A stretch of 64,000 bases of DNA. Source: an uncultured virus (IMG/VR IMGVR_UViG_3300033064_004300) (lineage: Duplodnaviria > Heunggongvirae > Uroviricota > Caudoviricetes). The notes under the pieces were generated by a model. It made no database searches. It was not told the DNA's origin and worked only from the letters and a program-made list of their open reading frames with translations. Below are positions 1-9,993 of this stretch, piece after piece; the first letter of the stretch is position 1; each line of letters starts with the position of its first letter. A program made the translations under genes and the position numbers. The stretch is from the IMG/VR virus record IMGVR_UViG_3300033064_004300; one strand, given 5' to 3'.

Positions 1-272
1 ATCGTACACAGTTAGTGTCATTAACCTGCCCGCACTATGTGTTATAACCTCCCCGCAAGTTGAAAAGTGGCCTTTTTTTTAATATGGAAGCCTATCTGAC
101 ACCGTCGTCGAGAAGGGTTTTGGTACCTTGCTGGTATTTTGGGGTCAAAACTTGATGTATCAGTATAGTGGTAGCCCCCAAAATAAAAAAAATCGGTTGA
201 GACAGCGTGGGCAAAACTTTTTGCTGTAGTAGAATGACTCAAGTTGTTCTTTAAGTAAGGCAATAAAAGCAT

Positions 273-497
273 ATGGACCCTCGTGAATTCTTAAATAACG
301 CGATTGATTTCCTAATGGACCGTTTTGGTCAGCCTGTTGTACCTCCAAGTCGTCAACCACCTGATCCTTCGATGGGCGGCATACCGTTTGGTCCTTATCA
401 ACCTCTAATAAATCGGGCTGAAGATGTTAAAAATAAACTGAATGAGCAAACTCGTAGAAAAGAAGAATTTATACGTAAAGAGTTAGGAGGGTATTGA
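273..497 (+). CDS. hypothetical protein
   Basis: 74-aa ORF, stop overlaps the next ORF. Confidence 0.6.
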   Translation: MDPREFLNNAIDFLMDRFGQPVVPPSRQPPDPSMGGIPFGPYQPLINRAEDVKNKLNEQTRRKEEFIRKELGGY

Positions 498-1132
498 TTA
501 TGTATGAAACTTCTGAGGATAGAACTCGCGCTCTGCTGGATAGTTACATTGGTGAACTGATCGCTCAAGACCCTAGCTTTAAAATTGGGCCTCGTAATCC
601 GTTTAAAGGTATGTCTCCTCAGGATTTACAGAGGGGTAAAGACTTCGATTATCAGCCTGATGAACTACAAAAATATTACGACAGGATAAATAGACCTGGA
701 CCTAAGTTACCCTTAGCTTATTTACGCGATGATCCTGCTTTAACTCCGATGGAGATGAGTGAGCGTGATTTTATAGAATATCAAAAAAACAGACCTATGC
801 CAGGCACCGTGGTAGATCCTCAGAAACTTGATTTAATAGAATATATGCGTAATGATACTGAAGATACAGGTGACGCAACGTACGAGCCTATTGATCGACT
901 TAAATTTTTAATGGGTCCGCGCTCGCCTTTAGCTTCTGCAGCACAGCCGGAATACTTTAGAGGTCCCCAAATTGGTGAACTTATGTCAACAATTCCTTCG
1001 GGTCCGAACACTCCGCTGCCTACTCCAGGTTGGAATCCATCAATGACTAAGCCACCGGGAGATCCAAACTATAGACCTCCAGCCCAATATTATTACATCG
1101 GACCAAGAGGCGAGAAAATCCCATTTGTTTAG
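494..1132 (+). CDS. Pro-rich hypothetical protein
   Basis: 212-aa ORF preceded by AGGAGG; followed by an inverted repeat. Confidence 0.7.
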   Translation: MIMYETSEDRTRALLDSYIGELIAQDPSFKIGPRNPFKGMSPQDLQRGKDFDYQPDELQKYYDRINRPGPKLPLAYLRDDPALTPMEMSERDFIEYQKNRPMPGTVVDPQKLDLIEYMRNDTEDTGDATYEPIDRLKFLMGPRSPLASAAQPEYFRGPQIGELMSTIPSGPNTPLPTPGWNPSMTKPPGDPNYRPPAQYYYIGPRGEKIPFV

Positions 1133-1137
1133 AGCGA

Positions 1138-1172
1138 TCTCCTCATTAATTAGTAAGTAATCAATGAGGAGA
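1138..1172. terminator. inverted repeat between convergent genes
   Basis: TCTCCTCATT...AATGAGGAGA, 10-bp perfect stem. Confidence 0.55.
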
Positions 1173-1198
1173 AGAGCTAAAAATAAATTATTGAGTTA

Positions 1199-1861
1199 TC
1201 AAGAGTTCAAGCCTGCAACTAGCTCATCGTAAAGTCCGCCACCGCCAGGTACGTTTTGCTTACGTAAGAGTTCAGGGTTGTTATCTAGGTGTGTTTTGAT
1301 TTCTTCATCGGTAAATCCCTGGGCTCGCGCTACTTTTAAGTCTTCGCCTCCAAAATAGTCTGGGTTAATACCATATTCATTTGAAATTTCGTCTGGACGC
1401 TCGGCAGATGCTGTGGAGGCGAACTTAAATTCTTGAGTTTGGAGTGTACTATTCATTTGAAGTGACTCGGAAGTTTTGTGTGGACTCGCACAGCCTAGTG
1501 GGTGTAGCGCAAAGTAGATTGTTTTTGGGAAAAACTCAAAAAACTTTAATGTCGCGGGGCATAGCCACCCTGTTCGTGCCATTGGATTGGCTTCTTGTCC
1601 TATTTTTTGTTTTGTGTACACAGCTCCTCCGTATTCTTCAAAAAGATAAGTTAAATAGTTTGTTGCTCCGGGAAATTGCTGGTTACTAAAGGTAAGTCGG
1701 TACGTTTCAGCCTTGTTTTCAACTGTTTCGGCTATACATTCGTCAATAATCTCCGGAATTCCTGAAATAAACGGCTCGTGGACCAAATCGCGCTCAACAT
1801 CAGTAAAACACCAGGTTCCTGCGTTTCGGTAGAGCTCTAAGACAAGGATTGAGTTTGACAT
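1199..1861 (-). CDS. DUF6717-like domain fused to a C-terminal repeat domain shared with 62798-63904
   Basis: Probable start MSNSILV at 1861; W.F.D..R.L..EPF..G....ID and GWLCPA..F motifs; C-terminus ISNEYG..FGGEDL..AR.QGF.D..IK..LD..GGGGLYDEL. Confidence 0.65.
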   Translation of the reverse strand: MSNSILVLELYRNAGTWCFTDVERDLVHEPFISGIPEIIDECIAETVENKAETYRLTFSNQQFPGATNYLTYLFEEYGGAVYTKQKIGQEANPMARTGWLCPATLKFFEFFPKTIYFALHPLGCASPHKTSESLQMNSTLQTQEFKFASTASAERPDEISNEYGINPDYFGGEDLKVARAQGFTDEEIKTHLDNNPELLRKQNVPGGGGLYDELVAGLNS

Positions 1862-1916
1862 CGTGTAAGAAAAAGCGAATTTATCTGAGTTAGACTCAGA
1901 TGGATGCGCATCATAC

Positions 1917-4394
1917 ATGACACAGTCTCGGGCCGAGTATGAAAATTTTATTAATGACGCCGACATCCAGCCCTTAGGGTACCCACGCGGGTATCAAAAA
2001 GAACTTATTGAGCCTCCTGCGATAGACGAAAGTTTAGTATATCGTGATAATGATGGTGTTTTACGTACTATGACTCCTGAAGAGCGGGAGACTAGTATCA
2101 GAATAAGACGATTTATGGATGATCCTCGTAATCTTAGAGGGCTTATCGGAGATATAAATCTTGATTCTCGCGGTAATCCAGTTTCAAGAGAAACTAGAGC
2201 GTACGCTGTTCAGGACACTAAAGAACGGTTATTACAAAACGAAGAATTTAATCGGGCTGCTGAATTTTTAGATCGTAACTCTATTTCCGATCGAATGAAT
2301 TATGCAAGTCGAATAGATGATGCTTATGCAATGAGGCAGCTTGTTGGCGAGGCGCCGGAAGAATACGGTACTGACCCCCGTGGCGCACGAAGCGATTTAG
2401 AATTTGAGTCATCTCGGATACCTAGAGATGCAATAGAAAATACGCCTATACGAAGAAATGAACTAAGTCCAATAGATCGCGTTAGACAAACGTCAGTTGG
2501 ATTGCGACCATCTGTAATTGCGCAGGATCTAGAGACTTTAGCTCGTAATCCTGAGGATTATAGAGTTGATTTAGATACGCCTGCCGGACGAGCAGCACGT
2601 TTTCTTTCGAACCAATTACGTGTGAACGCAGGAGAATATTATGGACAACCAGTTGATTTGGGTGCTTTAACCGGTGATCAGCGTAATAACGTTATTCGAA
2701 GTTTAGTAACTCGAGGTCCTGAAGGACTTACCGTTGGAGGACTTACTCCAGGTAATTTTGCTTATCGACTTAATGATTTAATGAGTCAGGCTAATTATCA
2801 AGAGCGTGACGGCATTATGGATTACTTACGTAGTAATAGAGCTTTACCAGACTTTTTACCTTCTCCTGCAGAAGAGGAATACGATTTTCTAGAAGATGAT
2901 TCTGAGCCAGTTATACGAGCAAGCACAGCTCAAGTTAATAAGGCTATAGAAATAGATCCTATTAATGAACAATTAAGAGATTTTCCAAATGCTACTTCAC
3001 AACGCATCGCAGGAGATGCATTACGAGCTAAGTATGGCAATTATATGCCGGACACTTACCCTAAACCGACCCCCATGGAAATACGAGAGTTAAAAGAGAA
3101 CTTAAACGATGCGGGAGGCGATTATACAGCTGCTTTAGATAGCAATCCTCTTGTTGAAGCTAAGAGGGTAAAAGCTTATTATGAAAAAAAAGGATTACTA
3201 TCTAAAATACAGAATGCTAAGAGTATTGATATTTTATCTAAATTTATAAATAAACCGTACCCCTCTGTAAGCACAAGGCTAGCTGGCGTCGGTGGGGGAA
3301 GTTATGATCCAGCATCTGATTTACCTGATGATGTAGTAAGCAGAGCGGCTGAAAAAATAAATGTATTCGCCAAAGCTCCTTTTGTTCCTGATGAATTTGA
3401 ACCTAAGATTCAAGAACTTTTTATTGATCAGGATACAGGAAAAAAATATAATGTACAGCTCAATAGAACTCCAAGTTCTATAGGTATTCATGATCTTAAT
3501 GAACTAAATACTAATTTTGTAAAAATGATTGCTGATAAACCTTTTGCGGGACTTTATTACGTTAATTTTAAAATAAATGGTAGCTATTACCAAGATCCCA
3601 ATACGCCGCCAGAGATTAAAGATAAGATTACATCTTTTGTTAGACAGCAAATGATGAATGGGCTCCCCCGGGGTGCTTTAGTACAAAATCAACCTCTCGA
3701 GAACGAGGGTGGACGTAAGTCAGGACCAAATAAAAGAGCTCAAGCGTATCAACGCGCTGGTTTTGGTGCCGAAACAGTGAATAGACAGTTTGCGTACTTA
3801 GATCCAGACACGGGTAGCACAGTTCCCGTTCAACCTTTTAAAACAGATCCTTACTTAAATCGCAATGTAGACGATAGTTATTTAAGAGGTTATTTTGCTG
3901 TTGATCCCGTTACGGCACCTGTGCGTAAAAATTTAACCGGAGCTGCTGGGGGTGCTGCACTAAGCCTATTAAATGAGGAGGTAGCTAACGCAATTAAGAA
4001 AGATAAGTATTTAAAAGCTGCTGAGTTAGTAGGTAAAGATATTGGCATGGGTGCTTTAGCCGAATCTGCTATAAAGTCTGCTGGTAGAGGGCTAAGTAAG
4101 TTAGCTCCTCAGTTAGCCGCTAATGTTAATCCACTTGTGGCGGGTGTCGCAAGCAGAATAACTCCTCCTTTAGTCGGGTATAGTCTACTTTCGCAAGGTC
4201 GTCCAAATAGTACTCTTAGTGTTGTTCTGGATAAAGTAGCTAAATCAGGTTTATTAAGACCTCAAATAGGAAGTTTTGGTGTGCGTAGAGACCCTAAAAC
4301 TGATATAGGTAAAAGAGTAGCAAACGAGGCAGGCTATTTTATAGATCAAGTACGACAGAATCGAGTCCCCTATCTGCCTGGTCGACTCTTTTAA
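1917..4394 (+). CDS. large hypothetical protein, possibly virion-internal
   Basis: 825-aa ORF; GTTAGACT motif upstream at 1889. Confidence 0.75.
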   Translation: MTQSRAEYENFINDADIQPLGYPRGYQKELIEPPAIDESLVYRDNDGVLRTMTPEERETSIRIRRFMDDPRNLRGLIGDINLDSRGNPVSRETRAYAVQDTKERLLQNEEFNRAAEFLDRNSISDRMNYASRIDDAYAMRQLVGEAPEEYGTDPRGARSDLEFESSRIPRDAIENTPIRRNELSPIDRVRQTSVGLRPSVIAQDLETLARNPEDYRVDLDTPAGRAARFLSNQLRVNAGEYYGQPVDLGALTGDQRNNVIRSLVTRGPEGLTVGGLTPGNFAYRLNDLMSQANYQERDGIMDYLRSNRALPDFLPSPAEEEYDFLEDDSEPVIRASTAQVNKAIEIDPINEQLRDFPNATSQRIAGDALRAKYGNYMPDTYPKPTPMEIRELKENLNDAGGDYTAALDSNPLVEAKRVKAYYEKKGLLSKIQNAKSIDILSKFINKPYPSVSTRLAGVGGGSYDPASDLPDDVVSRAAEKINVFAKAPFVPDEFEPKIQELFIDQDTGKKYNVQLNRTPSSIGIHDLNELNTNFVKMIADKPFAGLYYVNFKINGSYYQDPNTPPEIKDKITSFVRQQMMNGLPRGALVQNQPLENEGGRKSGPNKRAQAYQRAGFGAETVNRQFAYLDPDTGSTVPVQPFKTDPYLNRNVDDSYLRGYFAVDPVTAPVRKNLTGAAGGAALSLLNEEVANAIKKDKYLKAAELVGKDIGMGALAESAIKSAGRGLSKLAPQLAANVNPLVAGVASRITPPLVGYSLLSQGRPNSTLSVVLDKVAKSGLLRPQIGSFGVRRDPKTDIGKRVANEAGYFIDQVRQNRVPYLPGRLF

Positions 4395-4446
4395 TTTACT
4401 AAATTCAATTGCAGTTATACTGGATTAAAAGAAGCGTTCAGCTGTA

Positions 4447-5157
4447 ATGACTTTTAGCTTCCCGACGGCTTTAAATCCGTTTAAAACAAAGACCCCAGTT
4501 ACTAATTTAGGTAAATTTGGTAAGGCACTAAACCCTTTAAATCCTAGAAACTTGGCTACTGCGCTTCTCACGGAAGCTGTTATGGCTATAACCGGAAAAG
4601 TCCTGCCAAAAGAAACAGCAGAGAGAGTAGGTTACTTTAGTTATGGTCCTCAGATTGGCCTTGCCCTGAATATACTTGACGCAGGCAGAGCTGGTGCTAC
4701 TACTAGAGAGGAAGCAGATTTAATTAAAAGGTATTCACAGTCTAGTCCTAACCGCGAGAGCGTACCTACAAGACCTCCTGCGCCTGTAGAGCGAAGTATA
4801 GTACCTAGTGCACCAACGTCAACTACTTTTGTAGCACCTACTGCACGTAGGCAAGATACTGCTCAATATGTGCCACCTAGGACCGAACCTCGTTCTGTGC
4901 CTGTGCCCGCAACTGCAACTGCAACGCCGCCAGTCGAAGAAGTTAATGAACTTGCTATGGAGTATACAAAACAAGGACTATTAGGTAAGGCTATGGCTAA
5001 AGGTGGTGAACTACAGCGACGTCTATTTGAAGCCGGTGGTGGAGCAGGTATGACACCGGAGAACTTCATGAGTTTTGTAGAGGCTAATCCGGCTGTTGCT
5101 TATCGCGAGATGCTTCGTAGAGAAGCAATGACGCAAGAAACTGAAGCATTCGTTTAA
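4447..5157 (+). CDS. hypothetical protein with Pro/Thr-rich linker
   Basis: 236-aa ORF; GTTATACT upstream at 4414. Confidence 0.7.
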   Translation: MTFSFPTALNPFKTKTPVTNLGKFGKALNPLNPRNLATALLTEAVMAITGKVLPKETAERVGYFSYGPQIGLALNILDAGRAGATTREEADLIKRYSQSSPNRESVPTRPPAPVERSIVPSAPTSTTFVAPTARRQDTAQYVPPRTEPRSVPVPATATATPPVEEVNELAMEYTKQGLLGKAMAKGGELQRRLFEAGGGAGMTPENFMSFVEANPAVAYREMLRREAMTQETEAFV

Positions 5158-5163
5158 TTAGGC

Positions 5164-5387
5164 TTAATCAAAGCATTCTTCGTTCTCTTGCTGCTCTGCT
5201 TGCATAGTCTTTATAACGTCATCACAATTATATTTAGTACCAAAGTACTGGATTACGTAGTATTTTTTATTTTTATGTATGTACCTGCAGGATCGCCCGC
5301 TGCGATTCGACCGTTTTGTTTTGTCCACCGCAATCGACTCGGAACTGATGAGTCAACTTCTAGGTATTCTGAAAATTCGTGTTTCAT
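5164..5387 (-). pseudogene. frameshifted remnant resembling the N-terminus of an HNH homing endonuclease
   Basis: MKHEFSEYLEVDSSVPSRLRWTKQNGRIAAGDPAGTYIK, continuing after an A-run in another frame as KKYYVIQYFGTKYNCDDVI...; 224 nt, one base short of an intact frame. Confidence 0.45.
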
Positions 5388-5413
5388 GGATAAGTGTATG
5401 GGTTAAGTCTTTA

Positions 5414-6127
5414 TTACTTAATCTTGCAGGCAAGCTGCCAGCCTGTAAAGAGTGCAAACTCAATGCAGTTTGTTGCCGCTAAGGTACCTTCGACGCCTTG
5501 TTTTACTTCTGGGTGAGCGAAGTCATCAAAAATACAAACGCCGCCAGGTTTTACCATGGGTAAATACAACGCAGTATCCCTAGCGACCGAGATGGGATCG
5601 TGGGCACCATCTATATATAGGAGATCAATCCAAGGATCTTGCCCAAAACGGCGGATTAGCTCAGGAAAAAACTCCCAACTGTAAGCTTTAACAAGTTCAA
5701 CTTTTGCTGCATTGTTAGAAAGAGCAACGTTGCCACGTGCTGTTAACTCGATGTTGGCAAGTTCCGGGTAGTTGCCGGGATTTTCGTGGTGTTCAGCACT
5801 ACCAGTAAAGGGGTCAATCGAAATTAGCCTTGAATCTGGGTGATCAAGATAAAAATCTGACCAGAAAACGGTTGAGGCACCTTCGTACACCCCAATTTCA
5901 ACTACTTGTCTTTGTGCAGTCGGATCGATTCGCAGTCCTGCAGCTTCGTTGTTAGTCGAAAGCACCATGTCTGTATTTAACAGAGCGTCGTACCAACCCT
6001 GATTTAGAGTGTATCGATCGTCTAGCTTCTTTTTGTTGCCTTCAATTTTGATCCGAGGTGCTTCTGTTGTCTGCTCTTTCATCTGAGACATCAGCTCCTT
6101 GAAGGAAGGCTTAGCACTCGTAACCAT
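5414..6127 (-). CDS. class I SAM-dependent methyltransferase (Methyltransf_24-like)
   Basis: VEIGVYEGAS, SIDPF, LYIDGAH, KPGGVCIFDD motifs. Confidence 0.9.
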   Translation of the reverse strand: MVTSAKPSFKELMSQMKEQTTEAPRIKIEGNKKKLDDRYTLNQGWYDALLNTDMVLSTNNEAAGLRIDPTAQRQVVEIGVYEGASTVFWSDFYLDHPDSRLISIDPFTGSAEHHENPGNYPELANIELTARGNVALSNNAAKVELVKAYSWEFFPELIRRFGQDPWIDLLYIDGAHDPISVARDTALYLPMVKPGGVCIFDDFAHPEVKQGVEGTLAATNCIEFALFTGWQLACKIK

Positions 6128-6209
6128 TGGAAGGGTTAGCATTTCCAGCATGCTAGCACTAATCTATTGACACGTCAGTTTTGTGCTGTTATGCTCTGAG
6201 TGTTAACAC

Positions 6210-6542
6210 ATGCACTGTATGAACGGAAAATCTGGCTTTGTCGCTAGTGCCCCCCAGCTCCCCTTAGTGGCTTTGATCTGGAAAGCACCCGAGTTGATTT
6301 CTTCTTTTATGATGTTGTTCGGTTTTTTTAGCCTCGTGTGGCTTTTACAAGCAAAGATAATACCTAGCTTTTTATCTCAGTCAGCTAACAGCAATCAGTG
6401 GCAGATGCTGTATACAAAATGTCAGTTGCATCAAGAAGCTTCCGCTAGCCCCAGTGCTACAGCTGGAAGCAATGTGTGGGGTTTTAGAGCTCATGTCGAA
6501 AAAGTTTGCACGTTGTGGGCGACAGAGCAGACGTCTCGATAA
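6210..6542 (+). CDS. hypothetical membrane protein
   Basis: 110-aa ORF with a hydrophobic segment; start uncertain. Confidence 0.35.
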   Translation: MHCMNGKSGFVASAPQLPLVALIWKAPELISSFMMLFGFFSLVWLLQAKIIPSFLSQSANSNQWQMLYTKCQLHQEASASPSATAGSNVWGFRAHVEKVCTLWATEQTSR

Positions 6543-6587
6543 TCCTAGTTACAGTAAGAACTCTCCTTTGATTAACTTGGTTACTAA

Positions 6588-7217
6588 ATGTCTTATTTGA
6601 ATCACAACTTACCTGATTGGTCTTGTTATATCCGTAATGAGTTCTTGTACAACCATGAGAAAGGACAAGGAGAGGTGTCGCGCTGCGACGTGCACTCCGT
6701 TGCGTCGATGGAGAAAAGAGTTCCTTTGTTTGAATGCTTCCTAGAGAACGGAGTAAATTGGACTCGTAGACCACTCCACTCACTTTGCTGGAAACCTGAC
6801 GCTGTAATAGAACCCCTTAATCAGATTATGTACTGGGATTGCTTTTCTTCTTACGTGGATGTTCAACGAAGAAATCGCCTTGCTGGGCTGAAAGCAGATC
6901 TTATCCGTCCTGACGGTATAAAAGTTAAAGGTGACTATATGTTCACGCTTGATTGGGCGTTTGAAAACAAAGGTATGACGGATTTTAACTACTCAGAAAC
7001 GCCAGAGCATAAGTGTGCTCACTTATTCAAGGTCGAGACTGGAAATTATTATGCCTACCCAAACAATAGAGTTTTATGGTACGACAGTGCTTGGACTTTT
7101 AACCGTATTTCTGAGAATCCTGGGTACGAAATAGATACTACTGTGTACTCAGTAGAGAACACTAGATCGTTTGAAACGTCTAACCACTACATTTACGACA
7201 TAAAAGAGGTTGTTTAA
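6588..7217 (+). CDS. conserved aquatic-phage hypothetical protein
   Basis: YLNHNLP..IRNEFLY, EHKCAH, GNYYAYPNNR motifs typical of a widespread phage family. Confidence 0.75.
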   Translation: MSYLNHNLPDWSCYIRNEFLYNHEKGQGEVSRCDVHSVASMEKRVPLFECFLENGVNWTRRPLHSLCWKPDAVIEPLNQIMYWDCFSSYVDVQRRNRLAGLKADLIRPDGIKVKGDYMFTLDWAFENKGMTDFNYSETPEHKCAHLFKVETGNYYAYPNNRVLWYDSAWTFNRISENPGYEIDTTVYSVENTRSFETSNHYIYDIKEVV

Positions 7218-7254
7218 TTTTTGTGTCGGTAACGGGCACTGACCGTCTGTGGGC

Positions 7255-7293
7255 GTAGCTTCATTCAATATTTTAGGAATCGAATGAAGCTAC
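7255..7293. terminator. 12-bp perfect inverted repeat between convergent genes
   Basis: GTAGCTTCATTC...GAATGAAGCTAC. Confidence 0.6.
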
Positions 7294-7303
7294 TAGTTCT
7301 GAC

Positions 7304-7411
7304 TTACTTCTTCATACCGCCCTTGGTGCCTTTCATTCCACTTTTGCCGCCACCCTTAGCACCTTTTCCGCCGCCGCCTTTAGTGCCGCCCATCTTAGTC
7401 ATGCCAGCCAT
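7304..7411 (-). CDS. 35-aa Gly/Lys-rich basic peptide
   Basis: MAGMTKMGGTKGGGGKGAKGGGKSGMKGTKGGMKK; below the ORF-track size cutoff. Confidence 0.65.
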   Translation of the reverse strand: MAGMTKMGGTKGGGGKGAKGGGKSGMKGTKGGMKK

Positions 7412-7524
7412 GAGTCTTAATTCGGAGTACATTTAATTTTAGTTTACTTTTGATTTTTTTACTTTTGACTGTTTGATGACGTAAGGAGTTTATTATGTTA
7501 CCATACTGAGACAAACAGTTCTTT

Positions 7525-8295
7525 ATGCGGCAATCGATCCCTGTTTTAGGTACAGCTATTGTCAACAATCCTTACTGGCTGCACAGATTGTTTATGAGTA
7601 TCGACTACCCAGTCGATAATTTTGTCGTATTTAATAACAATGGTCGAGGTCAGATCACAGAAGCAGTTGATAATATCCGTAATTGTTCCAATCCGTTTGT
7701 AAAAAACGTTCACGTTACACATATGCCATCAAACATCGGATGTTCCGGTGCATGGAATTTAATCATTAAGTCCTTCATAACAGCGAATTACTGGGTTATT
7801 TCTAATCACGACGTAATGTACGAACCTGGGTTTCTAGAAGAAATGAATACTAAAGCACAAGAAGACGAAGTCGGCGTAGTTCACGGTAGTAGTGGTGGTT
7901 GGGATATCTTTTTGTTGAAAGATTGGATGGTTCAGAAGTACGGTTTGTTCGATGAGAATTTATATCCTGGGTACTGTGAGGATATGGATTATGGTATGCG
8001 TTTCATTCACGATGATGTTAAGAGAGTTTTGTCCTTAGAGGCTGGTTATTACCACGGTAAGTGCAAGGACTACTCAGATGGCTCTCAGACTTGGCGTTCT
8101 GAGCCTCAACTGCAAGCAGCAATTCATGGTGCGCACGAGCTAAACAAGTTGTATTTGCACATGAAATGGGGCGAAGCGTGGCAATCGCACGTTGACGGTG
8201 AGACCCATAAAACTCCGTTTGCTATTCCCGAATTGCCTATAGATTTTGTCACGTATGATCTAGACTTCGTCCGCAGTAAATACCTTGGATTCTAA
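7525..8295 (+). CDS. GT-A fold (GT2-like) glycosyltransferase
   Basis: SNIGCSGAWN, ISNHDV, GLFDENLYPGYCEDMDY motifs. Confidence 0.85.
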   Translation: MRQSIPVLGTAIVNNPYWLHRLFMSIDYPVDNFVVFNNNGRGQITEAVDNIRNCSNPFVKNVHVTHMPSNIGCSGAWNLIIKSFITANYWVISNHDVMYEPGFLEEMNTKAQEDEVGVVHGSSGGWDIFLLKDWMVQKYGLFDENLYPGYCEDMDYGMRFIHDDVKRVLSLEAGYYHGKCKDYSDGSQTWRSEPQLQAAIHGAHELNKLYLHMKWGEAWQSHVDGETHKTPFAIPELPIDFVTYDLDFVRSKYLGF

Positions 8296-8296
8296 A

Positions 8297-8974
8297 ATGC
8301 CCAGTGTTCGCCACCACATTGAGACTTATTGTCTGTCAGTAGATGACGATCCTGCTGCTCAGTGCTTTGATGATTATCTCTTAGTATGTGGTGCAGTTTT
8401 ATTTGCCTCACAAATTAAACTCGATTGCGCAAATCCGTTTGCGAATGCTTTCCCTGGCGATCACTATCGCTTACTAGCTGGACTTCTCCATCACGCGAAA
8501 CCTTTATGTATCGTCGATATCGGTACACACTACGGGACCGGTACACGTGTAATGTGCGATTATGCACCAAAAGCTGAAATTTATACCTTTGATATCGCCC
8601 CGTGGGAGTCACTTGAAACTACGTTTCTTAAGCCTAGTGATTTTGTAACCGGTGGCGGGAAGGTTACTCAATATTTAGATGATTTAAGCGATCCTCTTGT
8701 CTTTGATAAACATAAAGATCTAATAGATCGAGCTGATTTTATTATGTGTGATGCGCCAAAAGATGGGGTCTTTGAGGAAAAATTTTATCGATTACTAGCT
8801 GATATGAAACTTACGCGAAAACCCCGTTGGTTGTTTCTAGATGATATTCGTTTTACTTCTGAACTTTTAAGTTGGCGGCGTATCCAAAGTCCTAAGATTG
8901 ATTTGACTTCTTTTGGTCACTTTTCTGGTACGGGCTTGGTTGATATATCTGAGGGATTTAAGTTTTATGATTGA
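8297..8974 (+). CDS. class I SAM-dependent methyltransferase
   Basis: VDIGTHYGTG, YTFDI, CDAPKDG, FLDDI; start may be 8285. Confidence 0.8.
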   Translation: MPSVRHHIETYCLSVDDDPAAQCFDDYLLVCGAVLFASQIKLDCANPFANAFPGDHYRLLAGLLHHAKPLCIVDIGTHYGTGTRVMCDYAPKAEIYTFDIAPWESLETTFLKPSDFVTGGGKVTQYLDDLSDPLVFDKHKDLIDRADFIMCDAPKDGVFEEKFYRLLADMKLTRKPRWLFLDDIRFTSELLSWRRIQSPKIDLTSFGHFSGTGLVDISEGFKFYD

Positions 8975-8994
8975 TGTAGATCAGTTTTTATAGC

Positions 8995-9264
8995 ATGCCT
9001 TTTTATTCTTCGCATCCAGCTGCCGGGTGTCTTTTTAATAACTTAAAAGTTATCTTAGATGCTAAAAATTTGTCATCTTTTGCGCTCAGCAAGTTAGCTG
9101 ATTTATCACCTACTACCACCCGTCGTATTTATTTGGACACAAATTACATACCCTCACCTGATGTCCTTGAAAAATTATGTCTATCACTTTATTGTAATCC
9201 TGGCGATTTGTTGGGTATTACTAGTAAACTGGGTTTATCTGTAACGGTGTGTTCAGGTGTTTAG
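8995..9264 (+). CDS. Cro/C1-type HTH transcription regulator
   Basis: LK.ILD.KNLS...LSK.ADLS.TT..RI......P...LEKLC..L...PGDLL. Confidence 0.85.
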   Translation: MPFYSSHPAAGCLFNNLKVILDAKNLSSFALSKLADLSPTTTRRIYLDTNYIPSPDVLEKLCLSLYCNPGDLLGITSKLGLSVTVCSGV

Positions 9265-9754
9265 TCCAGCAGATTACGAATTAGCTGCCCGCGTTATGGG
9301 TCTTCCCGTACCGCAAACTCCGGCTGAAATGGCAGCGGCCACTCCGATTACTGCTCGAGTAGTCCGTGAATTTGCACGTGGCATTCCCCCAATGCCTGGC
9401 ATGGAGAGCGAAGGAATTTATACAGGAGCTACTCGTTCACTTAATGCGTACCCTAGCAATACTCAGCCTATGCTTCAGGCTCAGCTATCTTCTAGGTTAC
9501 GTACTGAACCAGAGCGCCCGCATGAAGATGATTATTTGATGGAGCTTATTTCTCAGCTAGACCCTGAGGAGTATGACTTGATTATGGATCTTCTGACTAA
9601 GCTTGCTGATCAAGGTGACGAGCACATGGATATGTTGTCTAGTCAACGTCCTGCAGAATATGACACTCCTAATTTGGGAGCTAATTATTCAATGCTTAAT
9701 GCACCTTCATCTAGCAGAATTCCGCCCTCACAGGAATATCAATCACTTTCATGA
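9257..9754 (+). CDS. hypothetical protein
   Basis: 165-aa ORF at the start of a coupled run; AGTAAACT upstream. Confidence 0.7.
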   Translation: MFSPADYELAARVMGLPVPQTPAEMAAATPITARVVREFARGIPPMPGMESEGIYTGATRSLNAYPSNTQPMLQAQLSSRLRTEPERPHEDDYLMELISQLDPEEYDLIMDLLTKLADQGDEHMDMLSSQRPAEYDTPNLGANYSMLNAPSSSRIPPSQEYQSLS

Positions 9755-9993
9755 ATAACTTAACGCTTCGTCAAAGACAACTTAAGGAGCGCGATGTTCG
9801 TAAATTTGCTCCTGAATTAGATCCTAGTGCCTTCATGAGCATGTATATAGAAAGTAATTTCCCACAGACCGTGGCTTACCCTTCTGCTCAACAACTTGCT
9901 CTAGGATTAGAGAATATAAAACCAGAAAATCCGCTAAAATCAATGAAGAAACCGCTCAGCGGGACTCAATATGACAATCCCGGAGGTTCGTAA
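9751..9993 (+). CDS. hypothetical protein
   Basis: 80-aa ORF, ATGA overlap with previous gene. Confidence 0.65.
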   Translation: MNNLTLRQRQLKERDVRKFAPELDPSAFMSMYIESNFPQTVAYPSAQQLALGLENIKPENPLKSMKKPLSGTQYDNPGGS

